Shown here: one piece after another, positions 15,977-32,873 of the stretch
Layout of the letters: each line of letters starts with the position of its first letter
Position numbering within the stretch: the first letter of the stretch is position 1
From: the human T2T-CHM13v2.0 reference genome, Homo sapiens
Assembly: GCF_009914755.1 (NCBI RefSeq)
Contig: NC_060925.1
Reading direction: 5' to 3' (one strand)
Length of the DNA: 64,000 nt
Position numbers and translations under genes: made by a program
The notes under the pieces: model-generated
Told to the model about the DNA's origin: nothing
The model's input: only the letters and a program-made list of their open reading frames with translations
Databases searched by the model: none

Positions 15977-16587
15977 TTAGTATAACTAATGCTCCAGGAA
16001 GCTGCCACATATTTACCTCAGGACCTATTTCTATCTTCGCCCCACCGCACGCTGAACTAGACACTTAAGGACCTAGTGTAGAGGACTATGAAGAGGATTG
16101 TTATAAGGAGTTAAAGGCTAAACCTGATTGTCATTTTAAGGAATTTGGATTTTATCCTGGAGTCTTTAGTTGATTGACTATTTGACAAACATCTACGGAA
16201 TGCCTGGTTTGTGGTGGGTGTTGAGAATACAGATAGGGGCCCTGCTTTGGATGGGCCTCTCTCTCGAGCAGACAAGGAAGATCGTGCCAGGTAGTTGAAT
16301 CCATATACAACGTGGACCACACAGGTAGTGAGAGTCAGCAAGGCCAGAGGCGAACCTCATAAGACAAAGGGGACCACGTAGGAAGTCACTGTCCTGCTCT
16401 GCATTTGAAATAAGCACTGTTCAGAGCCCCGCTGTCCAGTATGGCAGCCACTGGCCATGTGTGGCTGTTGAATACTTGAAATTTGGCCCCTCTGAGTTGA
16501 GATGTGCTGCAGGGGTAAGATGCATACCAGATTTCAAAGACCTATCATGGCAAAAAGAATATAAAATATCTCATTAATAATGCTTCA

Positions 16588-16883
16588 GGGTGGGCACTGT
16601 GGCTTATGCCTGTAATCCCACACTTTGGGAGGCTGAAGTGGGCGGACACCTGAGGTCAGGAGTTTGAGACCAGCTTGGCCAACATGGCAAAAGCCCGTCT
16701 TCACTAAAAATAAAAAAAATTAGCTGGGTGTTGTGGCATGCACCTGTAGTCCCAGCTACTCAGGAGGCTGAGGCATGAGAATCGCTTAAACTTGGGAGGC
16801 AGAGGCTGCAGTGAGCCAAGCTCATACCACTGTACTCCAGCCTGGGCGACAGAGACTCCATCTTAAAAAAAAAAAAAAAAAAA
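16588..16883 (+). mobile_element. AluS (Sx-like)
   Basis: Full Alu with poly-A; gcttcag on both flanks. Confidence 0.93.
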
Positions 16884-17029
16884 GCTTCAGTAGTGATTGA
16901 TTACATGTTGAGATAATATTTTGGACATATTAGATTATACAAAATATATGGTTAAAATTAATTTCACCTTTTCCTTTTCGTCGTATTTTTTTTAACCATG
17001 GCTATGAGAAGATTTAAAATTTTTTTGTG

Positions 17030-17340
17030 TGGGAGCCCTAAATGATGGCTCATGTCTGTAATCCCAGCTACTCAGGGGGCAGAGGCAGAAGTATTGCTTG
17101 AGCCTAGGAGTTTGAAACCAGCCTGAGCAACATAGTGAGACCCCATCTCTAAAAAAATGAAAATAAATTAGCTGGGTGTGGTGGAACGTGCCTGTATCCC
17201 AGCTACTTGGGAGGCTGAGGCAGGAGGACCATTTGAGCCCAGGAGTTCAAGGCTGCAGTGAGCTACGATTATGCCACTGCACTCTAGCCTGGGTGACAGA
17301 GCAAGATCAAGGCTAGGTTTCAAAAAATAGATTAAATAAA
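17030..17340 (+). mobile_element. AluJ
   Basis: J-type ttgagcccaggagttcaaggctgcagtgagcta. Confidence 0.88.
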
Positions 17341-18263
17341 ATTGTATATGTGGATAGGCTATTGGGCAGCACTGCCATAACCTACGTACTAACTGTGAGA
17401 TGGGGAAGAAAAGGATGACTCCTTGGGAGGAAGATGCGGCAATGGGAGGACACTGATGGATAGAGGCTGCTTTACACCTCTGAGGCCTCAAGCAGGATTC
17501 ACCATGATGTCATCTGCATCCCTCCAAAGTCACCTGCTTTTGTCTTATTGCATAACTTGTTTCAAATGTTCTGCCACAACCTCCCCCAGCCCAGACATAT
17601 TCATGATGTTCTTTTATGATTAGTCAGTCACCACGGGTAGAATGTGTGTTCCAGTGCCACATCAGGGATGACTTATGCAAACCCAAGATGGCCCTTTGGC
17701 TTAGTCCTTCTTCGCCCAGTGTAAGAGTCTGTCTTGTGCCTGGACACTGAAGACTGGGGGAGGGCAGTCCATCAGAGATGATTCAGGCGATGTTACGTTG
17801 GTGTGACTGGAACTATTGTTATATTATTAAACGGTAGAGGGGCCATCCTGGGCAAGAGTTGATTTGCAGGTTAGGTTGATGAGTCACCGATTTTGAAGCT
17901 GGTGTATGTCTAGGTAGAAATACTGAACATGCAGCTGGATTGTGCAGCCAGGTCTCGGAGAGGGATCTGGGCTGATTCCACATGTTTGGGAGCTATATTG
18001 ATAGAGAAAAGGCTGTGGGAGTCACCCCATGTTTAGGAGGGCAGAGACCCAAGCGCTGAACCCACTCTCATTCTCATGTAGGTTTTATGCTTGGATATCA
18101 CTGCGTGAATTTAAAATCTGAGCCTCTAAGCAACATTTTGGAAAGCCTGTTTCATAGTTCTGCTTATGCAGGATTTTCTGCCTTTTTTTTTGGCCCATGC
18201 ATTTTTCTCTATGCTTAGAGGGGGAAAAATATGAGAAGAAAGTGTGTTGGAAAGAAAGTCTGC

Positions 18264-19167
18264 GGGAGGAGCCAAGATGGCCGAATAGGAACAGCTCCGG
18301 TCTACAGCTCCCAGCGTGAGCGACGCAGAAGACGGGTGATTTCTGCATTTCCATCTGAGGTACCCGGTTCATCTCACTAGGGAGTGCCAGACAGTGGGCG
18401 CAGGCCAGTGTGTGTGCGCACCGTGCGCGAGCCGAAGCAGGGCGAGGCATTGCCTCACCTGGGAAGCGCAAGGGGTCAGGGAGTTCCCTTTCCGAGTCAA
18501 AGAAAGGGGTGACGGACGCACCTGGAAAATCGGGTCACTCCCACCCGAATATTGCGCTTTTCAGACCGGCTTAAGAAACGGCGCACCACGAGACTATATC
18601 CCACACCTGGCTCAGAGGGTCCTACGCCCACGGAATCTCGCTGATTGCTAGCACAGCAGTCTGAGATCAAACTGCAAGGCGGCAACGAGGCTGGGGGAGG
18701 GGCGCCCGCCATTGCCCAGGCTTGCTTAGGTAAACAAAGCAGCCGGGAAGCTCGAACTGGGTGGAGCCCACCACAGCTCAAGGAGGCCTGCCTGCCTCTG
18801 TAGGCTCCACCTCTGGGGGCAGGGCACAGACAAACAAAAAGACAGCAGTTACCTCTGCAGACTTAAGTGTCCCTGTCTGACAGCTTTGAAGAGAGCAGTG
18901 GTTCTCCCAGCACGCAGCTGGAGATCTGAGAACGGGCAGACTGCCTCCTCAAGTGGGTCCCTGACCCCTGACCCCCGAGCAGCCTAACTGGGAGGCACCC
19001 CCCAGCAGGGGCACACTGACACCTCACACGGCAGGGTATTCCAACAGACCTGCAGCTGAGGGTCCTGTCTGTTAGAAGGAAAACTAACAACCAGAAAGGA
19101 CATCTACACCGAAAACCCATCTGTACATCACCATCATCAAAGACCAAAAGTAGATAAAACCACAAAG
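18264..19167 (+). promoter_or_regulatory. L1 5'UTR internal sense promoter / CpG island with antisense promoter; YY1 site CAAGATGGCCG at ~18273-18283
   Basis: CpG-rich 5'UTR matching recalled L1HS consensus; YY1 motif intact. Confidence 0.9.
18497..18712 (-). CDS. ORF0: L1 ORF0 (71 aa antisense ORF)
   Basis: ATG complement at 18710-18712; MAGAPPPASLPPCSLISDCCASNQRDSVGVG...RCVRHPFL, 71 aa, open. Confidence 0.9.
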   Translation of the reverse strand: MAGAPPPASLPPCSLISDCCASNQRDSVGVGPSEPGVGYSLVVRRFLSRSEKRNIRVGVTRFSRCVRHPFL

Positions 19168-20183
19168 ATGGGGAAAAAACAGAACAGAAAAACTGGAAAC
19201 TCTAAAACGCAGAGCGCCTCTCCTCCTCCAAAGGAACGCAGTTCCTCACCAGCAACAGAACAAAGCTGGATGGAGAATGATTTTGACGAGCTGAGAGAAG
19301 AAGGCTTCAGACGATCAAATTACTCTGAGCTACGGGAGGACATTCAAACCAAAGGCAAAGAAGTTGAAAACTTTGAAAAAATTTAGAAGAATGTATAACT
19401 AGAATAACCAATACAGAGAAGTGCTTAAAGGAGCTGATGGAGCTGAAAACCAAGGCTCGAGAACTACGTGAAGAATGCAGAAGCCTCAGGAGCCGATGTG
19501 ATCAACTGGAAGAAAGGGTATCAGCAATGGAAGATGAAATGAATGAAATGAAGCGAGAAGGGAAGTTTAGAGAAAAAAGAATAAAAAGAAATGAGCAAAG
19601 CCTCCAAGAAATATGGGACTATGTGAAAAGACCAAATCTACGTCTGATTGGTGTACCTGAAAGTGATGTGGAGAATGGAACCAAGTTGGAAAACACTCTG
19701 CAGGATATTATCCAGGAGAACTTCCCCAATATAGCAAGGCAGGCCAACGTTCAGATTCAGGAAATACAGAGAACGCCACAAAGATACTCCTCGAGAAGAG
19801 CAACTCCAAGACACATAATTGTCAGATTCACCAAGGTTGAAATGAAGGAAAAAATGTTAAGGGCAGCCAGAGAGAAAGGTCGGGTTACCCTCAAAGGAAA
19901 GCCCATCAGACTAACAGCGGATCTCTCGGCAGAAACCCTACAAGCCAGAAGAGAGTGGGGGCCAATATTCAACATTCTTAAAGAAAAGAATTTTCAACCC
20001 AGAATTTCATATCCAGCCAAACTAAGCTTCATAAGTGAAGGAGAAATAAAATACTTTATAGACAAGCAAATGTTGAGAGATTTTGTCACCACCAGGCCTG
20101 TCCTAAAAGAGCTCCTGAAGGAAGCGCTAAACATGGAAAGGAACAACCGGTACCAGCCGCTGCAAAATCATGCCAAAATGTAA
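19168..20183 (+). pseudogene. ORF1: L1 ORF1p, disrupted by -1 frameshift at A-tract 19376-19381
   Basis: MGKKQNRKTGNS...EVENFEKI* stops at 19386; remainder (MELKTKAREL...NHAKM) is in another frame; A6 seen where GAA AAA AAT needs A7. Confidence 0.92.
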
Positions 20184-20222
20184 AGACCATCGAGACTAGG
20201 AAGAAACTGCATCAACTAATGA

Positions 20223-24074
<3,852 letters not shown>

Positions 24075-24476
24075 ACAATGAGATCACATGGACACAGGAA
24101 GGGGAATATCACACTCTGGGGACTGTGGTGGGGTCGGGGGAGGGGGGAGGGATAGCATTGGAAGATATACCTAATGCTAGATGACACATTAGTGGGTGCA
24201 GCGCACCAGCATGGCACATGTATACATATGTAACTAACCTGCACAATGTGCACATGTACCCTAAAACTTAGAGTATAATTAAAAAAAAAAAAAAAAAAAA
24301 AAAGAAAGTCAACAAAGGTCTGAGCTACGGACTCGATGTACCTACATTTGCTTTGGTTCAGGATCCACAGGTTTGTGCCCCTCAGTCCCCTTGTATGGGT
24401 ACCCATGGCCCACACTTCAGGGAGGGCCAGGTTCTAAAGGGACAACCAAGATCCACAGGAGGACCCTGTCTTTGTT

Positions 24477-24653
24477 TATATATGTATATACATATATAAA
24501 TACACCCCCCACATATATATATATATACATGCATGTATACATATATATCATAATTTAGACATTTCTCATGCATTTATGTTCCAGATATGTGTTACATATA
24601 TGGCACACACACACATACGCACACACTCTCTCTCTCCCTCTCTCTGTCTCTCT
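24477..24653. repeat. (TA)/(CA)/(CT) compound low-complexity microsatellite
   Basis: Alternating dinucleotide runs. Confidence 0.8.
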
Positions 24654-25119
24654 CAATATTCCATCCCAATGACCCATCCAGCTGGAAAGATGGTTTTATT
24701 GGCTTTTATCAGGAACCTCGCCCTTCCCAGGAGACTTACCTCATTTATATGGATAGGAGGCAGCCATTCCAGCCTAAAGAAACAAAACCTTTACTCATGA
24801 AAAGTCTTCAGTTTCTCCTGCGGCATGGCCTTCCTGTCCTAGCTGCATCCTCAAACTCTTCTTTCTTTTAAGGGTGAGCTCCACCAGGCACTACTTGGCG
24901 ATGATCCCTGGGAGGCAGGAGACATCAGCACCTGTGCAAAGGGAAAGGCTAATTACTCCAAGATAACTGTGATTTCTTAATGGGGAGAAGAACTTGGTGG
25001 GCAAAGACCTCTTTAGAGATGAAGGTTTCTGTCCTAGTGACACCCTGTGTCAGCGAGGTCCCCAGGGAGAATCTCAGTTTGCTATGATCTGGTGCTGATA
25101 AACATTAACTGATTAAACT

Positions 25120-25320
25120 AGTGGCTGACATTATTGATCATGTACTGTGGGACAGGTCCTATTGTAAGCAGCGTTCATGTTATATTAACTTATTGACTCT
25201 TCACAGGATCATGTGAGGTATGGGAGGTTAAGCCACACAGCTCATCGTTTTGTGCCAGAACTTAAAACCTGTGTCAGAGCCTAAGCACTAAGCACTAAGC
25301 ATGACTCTATTCTGCTATTA
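25120..25320. mobile_element. MIR remnant
   Basis: attattgatcatgtactgtgggacagg...tgtgaggta...ccagaacttaaaacc. Confidence 0.55.
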
Positions 25321-25519
25321 AGACAAAGTCCTTTTGTAGGAAGCCAATGATGATGAGCAAAGATGGCGGACATTTTTAATGGTCTGGAAATGAAGTATTA
25401 AAATTGCTATTGTCGATGCACCTTTGTATTAATTTGTTGGTGCTGCTTTCATGCACCTGATAACTGCCTGTTATCTTGATGGAATTAAAACCCCTGTGTT
25501 ATATTCTTTCAAATAGGAA

Positions 25520-25522
<3 letters not shown>

Positions 25523-25568
<46 letters not shown>
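25523..25568. repeat. (AT)n microsatellite, ~23 units
   Basis: Pure AT run. Confidence 0.97.
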
Positions 25569-25573
<5 letters not shown>

Positions 25574-26899
25574 CGGATATAAAATCAGAGAGTAAACTGC
25601 CTCTTATAGCCGCCCCTCCTGCAGTCTTCTGTTTCCAAGTTCTCAGTACCATAAGGTTAACCCACGAAGCCTTGGCTAAGCAGATGTGTGTGGGCTGAGT
25701 GCTTGTTAGTTTCTGTGAGTTTCTTCTATATGTAACAAGTGTTAAATTGGACCCTGCTAGTGTTAAGATTCTTTATTTGAGCAATTTAATAGGGAAAGTT
25801 AGGTGTGAATACACGTTTTCAGTCTCACCTGCAGTGTCAGGTGATGTTAATTCTTTGATCTCCTTGCTATTATATCGCCTTGCTATTCTTATAAAATACT
25901 AGAGAAATCACTAAAGCCTGATTAATGTTTAGTTTTTGTGGAGCAAAGACTTGGAAATTTTTAACAATTTCCCCGACGATTTACTTTCTGTAAGCCCTTG
26001 CACACTTTCTTCTTTATAAATGTTTATAGTGACTTGTTGCCCGTTCAGAATTATAGCCTGGCCCTGCTTCTGGGATGCAGTATGGGCCCACTGTTGCCAC
26101 AAGTCCCCTTTCAGAAGTTACAGAGAGCCATCAGCAGTTACCCTTTTCAACATTCATTTATTTGAAGACTAGGGAGTAGGAGGAGAAAACCCTCTAAGTG
26201 TTCTCTGGCAGTTTGGTGCATGCTTTGAAGTGAGAGAGAAAATTCCTCACGACCATGTAGAAGTTTCCCGATAAATTTATGTTCAAGTGGTGGCATTTGG
26301 GCAGCCAACAGCCAGATGAAAAGCCCGTGGAATCCCAGGATCTGGTATGTGCTTAGTGGTTCTCATGCCATGCCACTCTCAGGCAAGCCAGGTAACCCTC
26401 CCTCAGCACTTCTAGCCTTTCACTCGGGGATCTCATGCAGAATTTAAAACAAAAAACATGGGAGGGCTAAGCTCCTTTTTTGATAAATTGCAGAATGCCT
26501 CTTTATTCCACAGTCATCTCTCCTCTCTGCTTGTGTTGGTGTATGAGCTTGTTTCCAGATGGTTCAGTGGGACTGAGAATGTGAACTGATGAGGCAAGTA
26601 TGTCTGTGTCTTTCTGGGGAGAGAAGGAGATAGTGGGCTATTTACAAACATCTGCAGGTCTTCCTTTCAGAGACAACAAAGCAAAGTGCCCTTTAACTGT
26701 GCTCCTCTATTTCTCTGCCCCAAAATGCTAGACACAGCAGTGGTTTATTTACCCACTGCTTCTTATATTACTGGACTTACCACTCACTGAAATGGCGCTG
26801 AAAGATGACCAGGGAGCTCTCAAATGCTTTCCCTCAGTATTCATCCCCTTAAACTTCCCTGGAGGATGTGGGACTTTTGTCCACTTAGGCATGAAAATC

Positions 26900-27001
26900 C
26901 AGTGTGTATGTTATGCCCACGGCACACCTCAGTGCAGACCAGCCACATTTCAGGTGTTCTGTGGACACACGTGGCATATGGCTACCATATTGGACAGTGT
27001 G
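26900..27001 (-). mobile_element. MER33/MER3 fragment
   Basis: agccacatttcaggtg...cacgtggcatatggctaccatattggacagtgtg. Confidence 0.7.
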
Positions 27002-28769
27002 GCTCTGAAGAGTGATTATTTTATGACCCACCTCTGTTCTCCCTGGGCCTCTCTTGGTTCTCTCACTGTCCAAGTGTGAATGCCTCCAGAGTTTGGTCCT
27101 CGGTCCTCCATCATCTGCCCCCACATTCCATTCTCCTCTTTGAAGATCTAATTCACAACCACAACAGGAGCTCACCGTGGAAAGGACATTACCCCAGTGC
27201 CTCATACCCATTTTCACCTGGATGCTCATGGTATTTCAAATTCGGCTTATCCCAAAGCAAATCCATCTGTGTCAAGCTGGCTTCTCCACTTTCATCCATG
27301 CATCTTTCATTTTCCTGACTTCTAATGCTCCCGCTAATGTTATAAAGCAGTTAACAAGGCAATCAGGCTACATAAGCAGAAATCTGTGAATACTAAGACC
27401 CGCGAGCTGAGGGTATTATGGAAATTGAATGGCACTTGTAAGAAAGCCGAACATGTATAATGACGTACATAATTCTTATAGGCAGCAAGGTGACTAGGCA
27501 TGTCTAGTTATTCATGAACATTAAGGTTGTTATTGCTTTAATTCACAAGCAGAGCAAGCGTTTTGGGTAACAGATGGAAAGGCGGGGGAGGGGTAGTTTG
27601 TGGCCCTCAGTCCCCTCCCTGATGCCAGGAGGAATTGAAGCTTTGCTTTCATCATCCCTCCTCCCAGCTGCATTTCCTTGGTGCCTTCACTGTTCCCAGT
27701 GTCACTGGTTAGGGAATAGTCCTTTGCTTTTGGCCAGGCATTTCTTGAATGTGCTAGTCCCTTTTTAATTCTCTAAAAGGAGAATTAAATTAAAAGCTGA
27801 CTTGGGTCCCGACATAATGTGGAGTTAACTGCTAATTTCACCCTCTGTGCCCATGCAGGAAGCATGAAAGTGCCTGATTGAAGGGCCGGGGCCGGCCCTC
27901 TTGTATACATACCCTGGTCTCAGAGAGCCTGGAATAACCTTGCCGACAGAGCTGTATTCCCCCAAATGCTGAATAATGATAGGAAAGCACCAAATTCACA
28001 TCGGCTTTTTATTTTCATTATTTCTTATTTTAAAAGTAGGTTATTTCATTGAGTTATCTTTCCACAAAAACTACTCAAGGGTGTGATTGCCGTTTATGTT
28101 CATTTTGTAGCATGAGTCGTGAAATTTGAAGTGCAACAGATATTTTAGTTTCTCTATAGGCTTACGTAGTAGAGTGCATCCAATTAATATCAATTTAAAA
28201 TTGATCTCCAGGGATATTAGGGTAGTGTTTACAGTGACTTATTTCTTTTCCTAATAGAACTATTTTATAAAACTTTAGTCATTTCAGCTACTGGGATGGA
28301 ACCGTGACTTATCAAAAGGAGTCAAGTCTTTGGAGTCAAAAATATCTGAGTTTCAGTTATTGGTTCTACTATTGGAAAAGTTACTCTTGTCTTTTGGAGT
28401 CCCTTCCCTGTTGCGTAAAATAAAATCTACCCCATCAGATAAAATTCTTAACTTGCTCCGCATGTGTTAATTTCCTCTCTACTGTTCCTGGAAGCTGGAG
28501 GAGGAGAAGGGAAGCAATGAGAAAGATCAGGAGGCTGAAGCCACAAGGGTATACAACAGCTGTGATTTTAGAAGAGTGTAATTGGGTGCACGTGTGTGTT
28601 TAATCTATTTGATTAGATTGCTTTCCTAATATCAAGAACCAAGAGCATTTGAGGTGAACTGCCCCATTACTTGATCTCAGTTGGAGGGGCCTGGAATCCT
28701 GGGAACTTGAGGGGGAGAAGAGAGCTATTCAGACAGGGATAGGAAGATCAGTGAGGCACCTGCTTCTGA

Positions 28770-29085
<316 letters not shown>

Positions 29086-29106
29086 TAAGGCATGCTCTGT
29101 TAATGC

Positions 29107-29483
29107 CTGCATTAGTTTGCCTGAGCTGTCATAACAAAGTACCACAGACTCATTGGCTTAAACAACAGACATTTATTTCCTCATAATTCTGGAAGCTGGA
29201 AATTCAAGATCAAGGTGTTGGCAGGGCTGGTTTCTTCTAAAGCCTCTCCCCTTGACTCTTAGATGGCTGTCTTTTCCCTGTGTCCTCACGTGGTCTTTCC
29301 TCCATGTATCTGTGTCCTAATCTCTTCTTCTTCTAAGCTCACTAGTCATATTGGATGAGGGCTCACCCTCATTTCCTCATTTTAACTCAGTCACCTCTTT
29401 AAAGGACCTATCTCCAAATACAGTCACATTAGAGCTTTAACATACGAATTTTGTAGGAGGAGGGACACAATTCAGTCCTTAAC
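29107..29483 (-). mobile_element. MLT1 (A/B-like) MaLR solo LTR
   Basis: cataacaaagtaccacagact...ggcttaaacaacag...ggacacaattcagtcc. Confidence 0.88.
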
Positions 29484-32400
29484 CCTTCTTGTCTCAGTGG
29501 ACAAGATTTTTGAACTTTTCTGTGTTTCGGGTTCATCCTTCCCTTCTTCCCAGTCTGTTACCTTTATCTTACTATGGTGTTATGATGGGGAGGAAAGGAA
29601 GGGTGCTGACCTCAACAGGGAGCCAGCATATTGCTTAACTAATCCAAGCCAGGGCTTGCATGGAGGATTTTTATTTCCCACAATATCATGGGTACCCTGT
29701 GCAGGGTGGTGAGGGGTGCTGGGTGGGACCATATCACTTTACTTCGCGATGCTGGAAGTGTTTGGGCTTTGGGAGGAAAGGTCACAGGCAGCGTTATGGT
29801 TTGAGTATGTAGAGATATTGGGCCTTCACTCTCCAGCTGCAGTAGAACGAGGTTGGCAAACAGCAGTCAAACTTATGCTTTTAAATGAGATAGAGCTGAT
29901 ACTAATGGACAAGTTGGTGCTATCCCCGGAGGAACATGAACTGCCTGTATTTGAGTATGTATATGTCTGCAGCTCTCAGATTATAGTGTTATGGCTTGTT
30001 GTGCCAGAGAGTTCTTCTCTTTTCAGGCTGCATAGAATATTTTCATGGCCACTGACCTTGAGAAAGCAATTCTCAGCACGCGCAAGTGAAAGGCAGGAGG
30101 ACCCCTTTCACAGTAAAGCTGGGATTCCCTGAAGGAGGGACTGCATTCGGGAAAACTTCCAAATTGCTGAATTTCTTTTCTTCCCTCATTAGTTGCTGGT
30201 GCTTCCAGATGGCACCTGAACCAGCATCTGGGCCAGGAGAATAGCATCCTAGCCAGTCTTCACTCACTGGGCTTGGTTTTCGTGTGTGTTTGTAGCAACT
30301 CTGTTACATTTTTTTCTGTTTCCAGGTTCAATTCCAGGTTTAGGACATACTGCTCATTTCACTTTCCTCTCCTCCTCCTCCTCCTTCTTTGTTGCTCACC
30401 TGGTTACCTACCATGATGAATCATCTGATTTTATAGCCTACCAAAATCAGGATAAAAAATGTAAATGTTTTTGTTTAAAGGGAGATGCAAAATGTGAGAA
30501 GTATAATGAGTAATGATTCACTCTTCAAGTACTATTTGAGGAGGTAGATTTATTTCTAATGCCAGATGCACCAAGACATGTTTCTTTTCTTTGCAGCCCA
30601 CAGAGATGTCAATAAGCAGAAAATGGCATTCGTATATCTTGTTAGAAACCAAGTGCATGGAAGTTGAATTTATCAGTGGATCTCACCACATTCTCGAATT
30701 TGAGATGTTGGCAGAATTGGTGCCCCTCTTGGTGTCTGGGTGGCCAGCCTGGGTTTCTCCTCCTACATTCCCCCCTCCACAGTGGGGCTTGGATGTGTTT
30801 GTAAAATGAGCCTTAATAAAAATGTGAGAAAGTCTCCATTTAATTTTGTGTGATTTTCATCTCAGAAGTTCTCGCATTATTTGGAATAGAGAAAACATCT
30901 TAGATCACTTTAGATAGATGGTATTCAACACAATTAGTTCTCTGTGCATGCTGGGTTAAGTCATTGGTATTTGTGCCACCCATTTGGCATTTGCTGGCAC
31001 CAGCTGAGAACTATGTCCTGTACCTTTGAATTTAGAAATGAAATGCTGACTGCACTTGCCATTTCTGCCTTTGGAAATTAATGTAATATTGGATATATGT
31101 AATATTGGATACTATTGGAAATTAATGTACATGGAAGACATGATACTCCTTGACTGTACTTTTTTTTTTCCAATCCCAAGTGGCTTGGGGCTAGCCAGCT
31201 GTAAAGGCGTGTAAAGCATGCATGTCTGGCATGTTTGCATTTGTGGATTGGCAACCCTTGGTACGTGTGCCAAACGCAGATGGTTAGTGAGGTCCTGGCC
31301 ATCTCCACGCTCCTGTGACCACCACTCATGAATCTCAGGAGAGATAAAGAGAGATAGGATGCAAGGGCTTGGCTACCTGTGCTTTTCTTTCCTTTTTCTA
31401 CTTTCCTTGCAAGACTAAACCATATTTACAAGTTCCTTCAACAAATGTGTAAATGTGTATTGGATGCCTCCTGGAAGTTGTGTACTGGAATCAATGCTTT
31501 TCGCAATTTATTATCTCAAACTCCTGTGCCCTATGAGACAAAACAAAATAAAAAACAAAAGCCAGGGGCATTGGTGTTGTACGTTTCTTTTTCTAAGTTT
31601 GCTAATCTATGATTTATCATTCTTCCATGTTTTTGAGTTCATTACTTGGCTTAGGATTAAACCAGGGATTCAGAAATTGTGCTGCATTGGTTTTATGTTG
31701 TAGAAAATATTCGAGGGGTAATGTTAAGTTTTCTACCTACAAAATACATTCTTTCCAGCCTTGTTTTTGTGGTAGGTAATCCTTTCTCATAGTACTTAGA
31801 CAGTTTAGGTTAAGTTGTCATGTGAAGGATACAAGATATGGCTCATAATATCTTACCTTCAAAAGAGGCAAGGACAGTATTCAGAGACAACATTTTATTT
31901 AATTTCAGTTGTTTCCAGTACTTACAAAGCCAAAATAACCCTTTCTTGCCTGAGTTTCCACTGTAACAGGAGAAGCCTTTTCTATTCCCGAATAACAAAC
32001 CAAACCCACATGGGTCCCATAGATCTGGACCTCTCATTCTTAGATTAAAAATAGCTCCAAATTCATGGAAAGGCACCCTCTGGTTTTTTGCCCTTTGCAC
32101 CTGCTGAGTCTCACCTTTTAAAAACCTCAGACCTCTCAGGAAATTCCCTGCCAATTACATCCATTTCATCTGCCTCCAACTTAACCCATTCTCAGTGTGG
32201 GGGTAACTGTATTACATAACGGAGTTCAGATTAATTTTTCTTACACATAAATGAAGAAAGCTAATATCTAGGTAGGCCTGTTTGAGAATAAGCAGAGCCT
32301 TTTCTTCCCATTCCTTTAATTGTTAGATTTTAAAATGCATTTCCAACTAAGATAGTAGTGTAGAAAAGAATAACCATTTCTTTCCATATACTGTTTTATT

Positions 32401-32873
32401 CCTTTTGACTACATTTATTATAGGAAATTATTTTTTGTTCAGTCTAGTACTAGTTCAGATATGTCCCTAAGAAATAGTGAGTCAGTAAGAGGTAACCATC
32501 TAGCCACATGATTTTAAAGAAATCAGACACTGAGAGTGAAATTAAACTAAAATGTATCTTGTCAAGTTTATATGTGACCTCACATTTATTGCCAGCCTCC
32601 CTTGAGGGATACAGTGAAATCCACACTACTTTTAGCCAATAGAATTGTATGTTATCTTGTTAAGAAATATGAAAAGGTAAATAGTCTAAACTGGTTTAGA
32701 AAAATAAGTCATGTTCCTTTTAGCTAATCCCAGTGTATCCCACGTGATGCTGAAATGCAAAATGCAAGTGGAAAACTTCAGTTGGTGGGAGTATATAGTG
32801 AATTTTTAAGTAATCTCTGGTATTTCAGAAGATTATTCTTAGATAGTCTGCAGAGATGAGTTTATAAGGCTGG

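Larger units (their letters stand above)
16428..17373 (+). mobile_element. MER33 (hAT-Charlie MITE), split by two Alus
   Basis: cgctgtccagtatggcagccactggccatgtgtggc at start; tgattacatgttgagataatattttgg in middle; ctattgggcagcactg at end. Confidence 0.8.

Noticed and set aside
19437-20183. 248-aa ORF as an independent gene
   Set aside because: It is the C-terminal part of frameshifted L1 ORF1
24311-24480. 3' transduction carried by the L1
   Set aside because: TSD follows the poly-A immediately, so the downstream DNA is target-site flank
25347-25460. Box C/D snoRNA-like (ATGATGA ... CTGA)
   Set aside because: No terminal stem and no recognisable rRNA/snRNA guide
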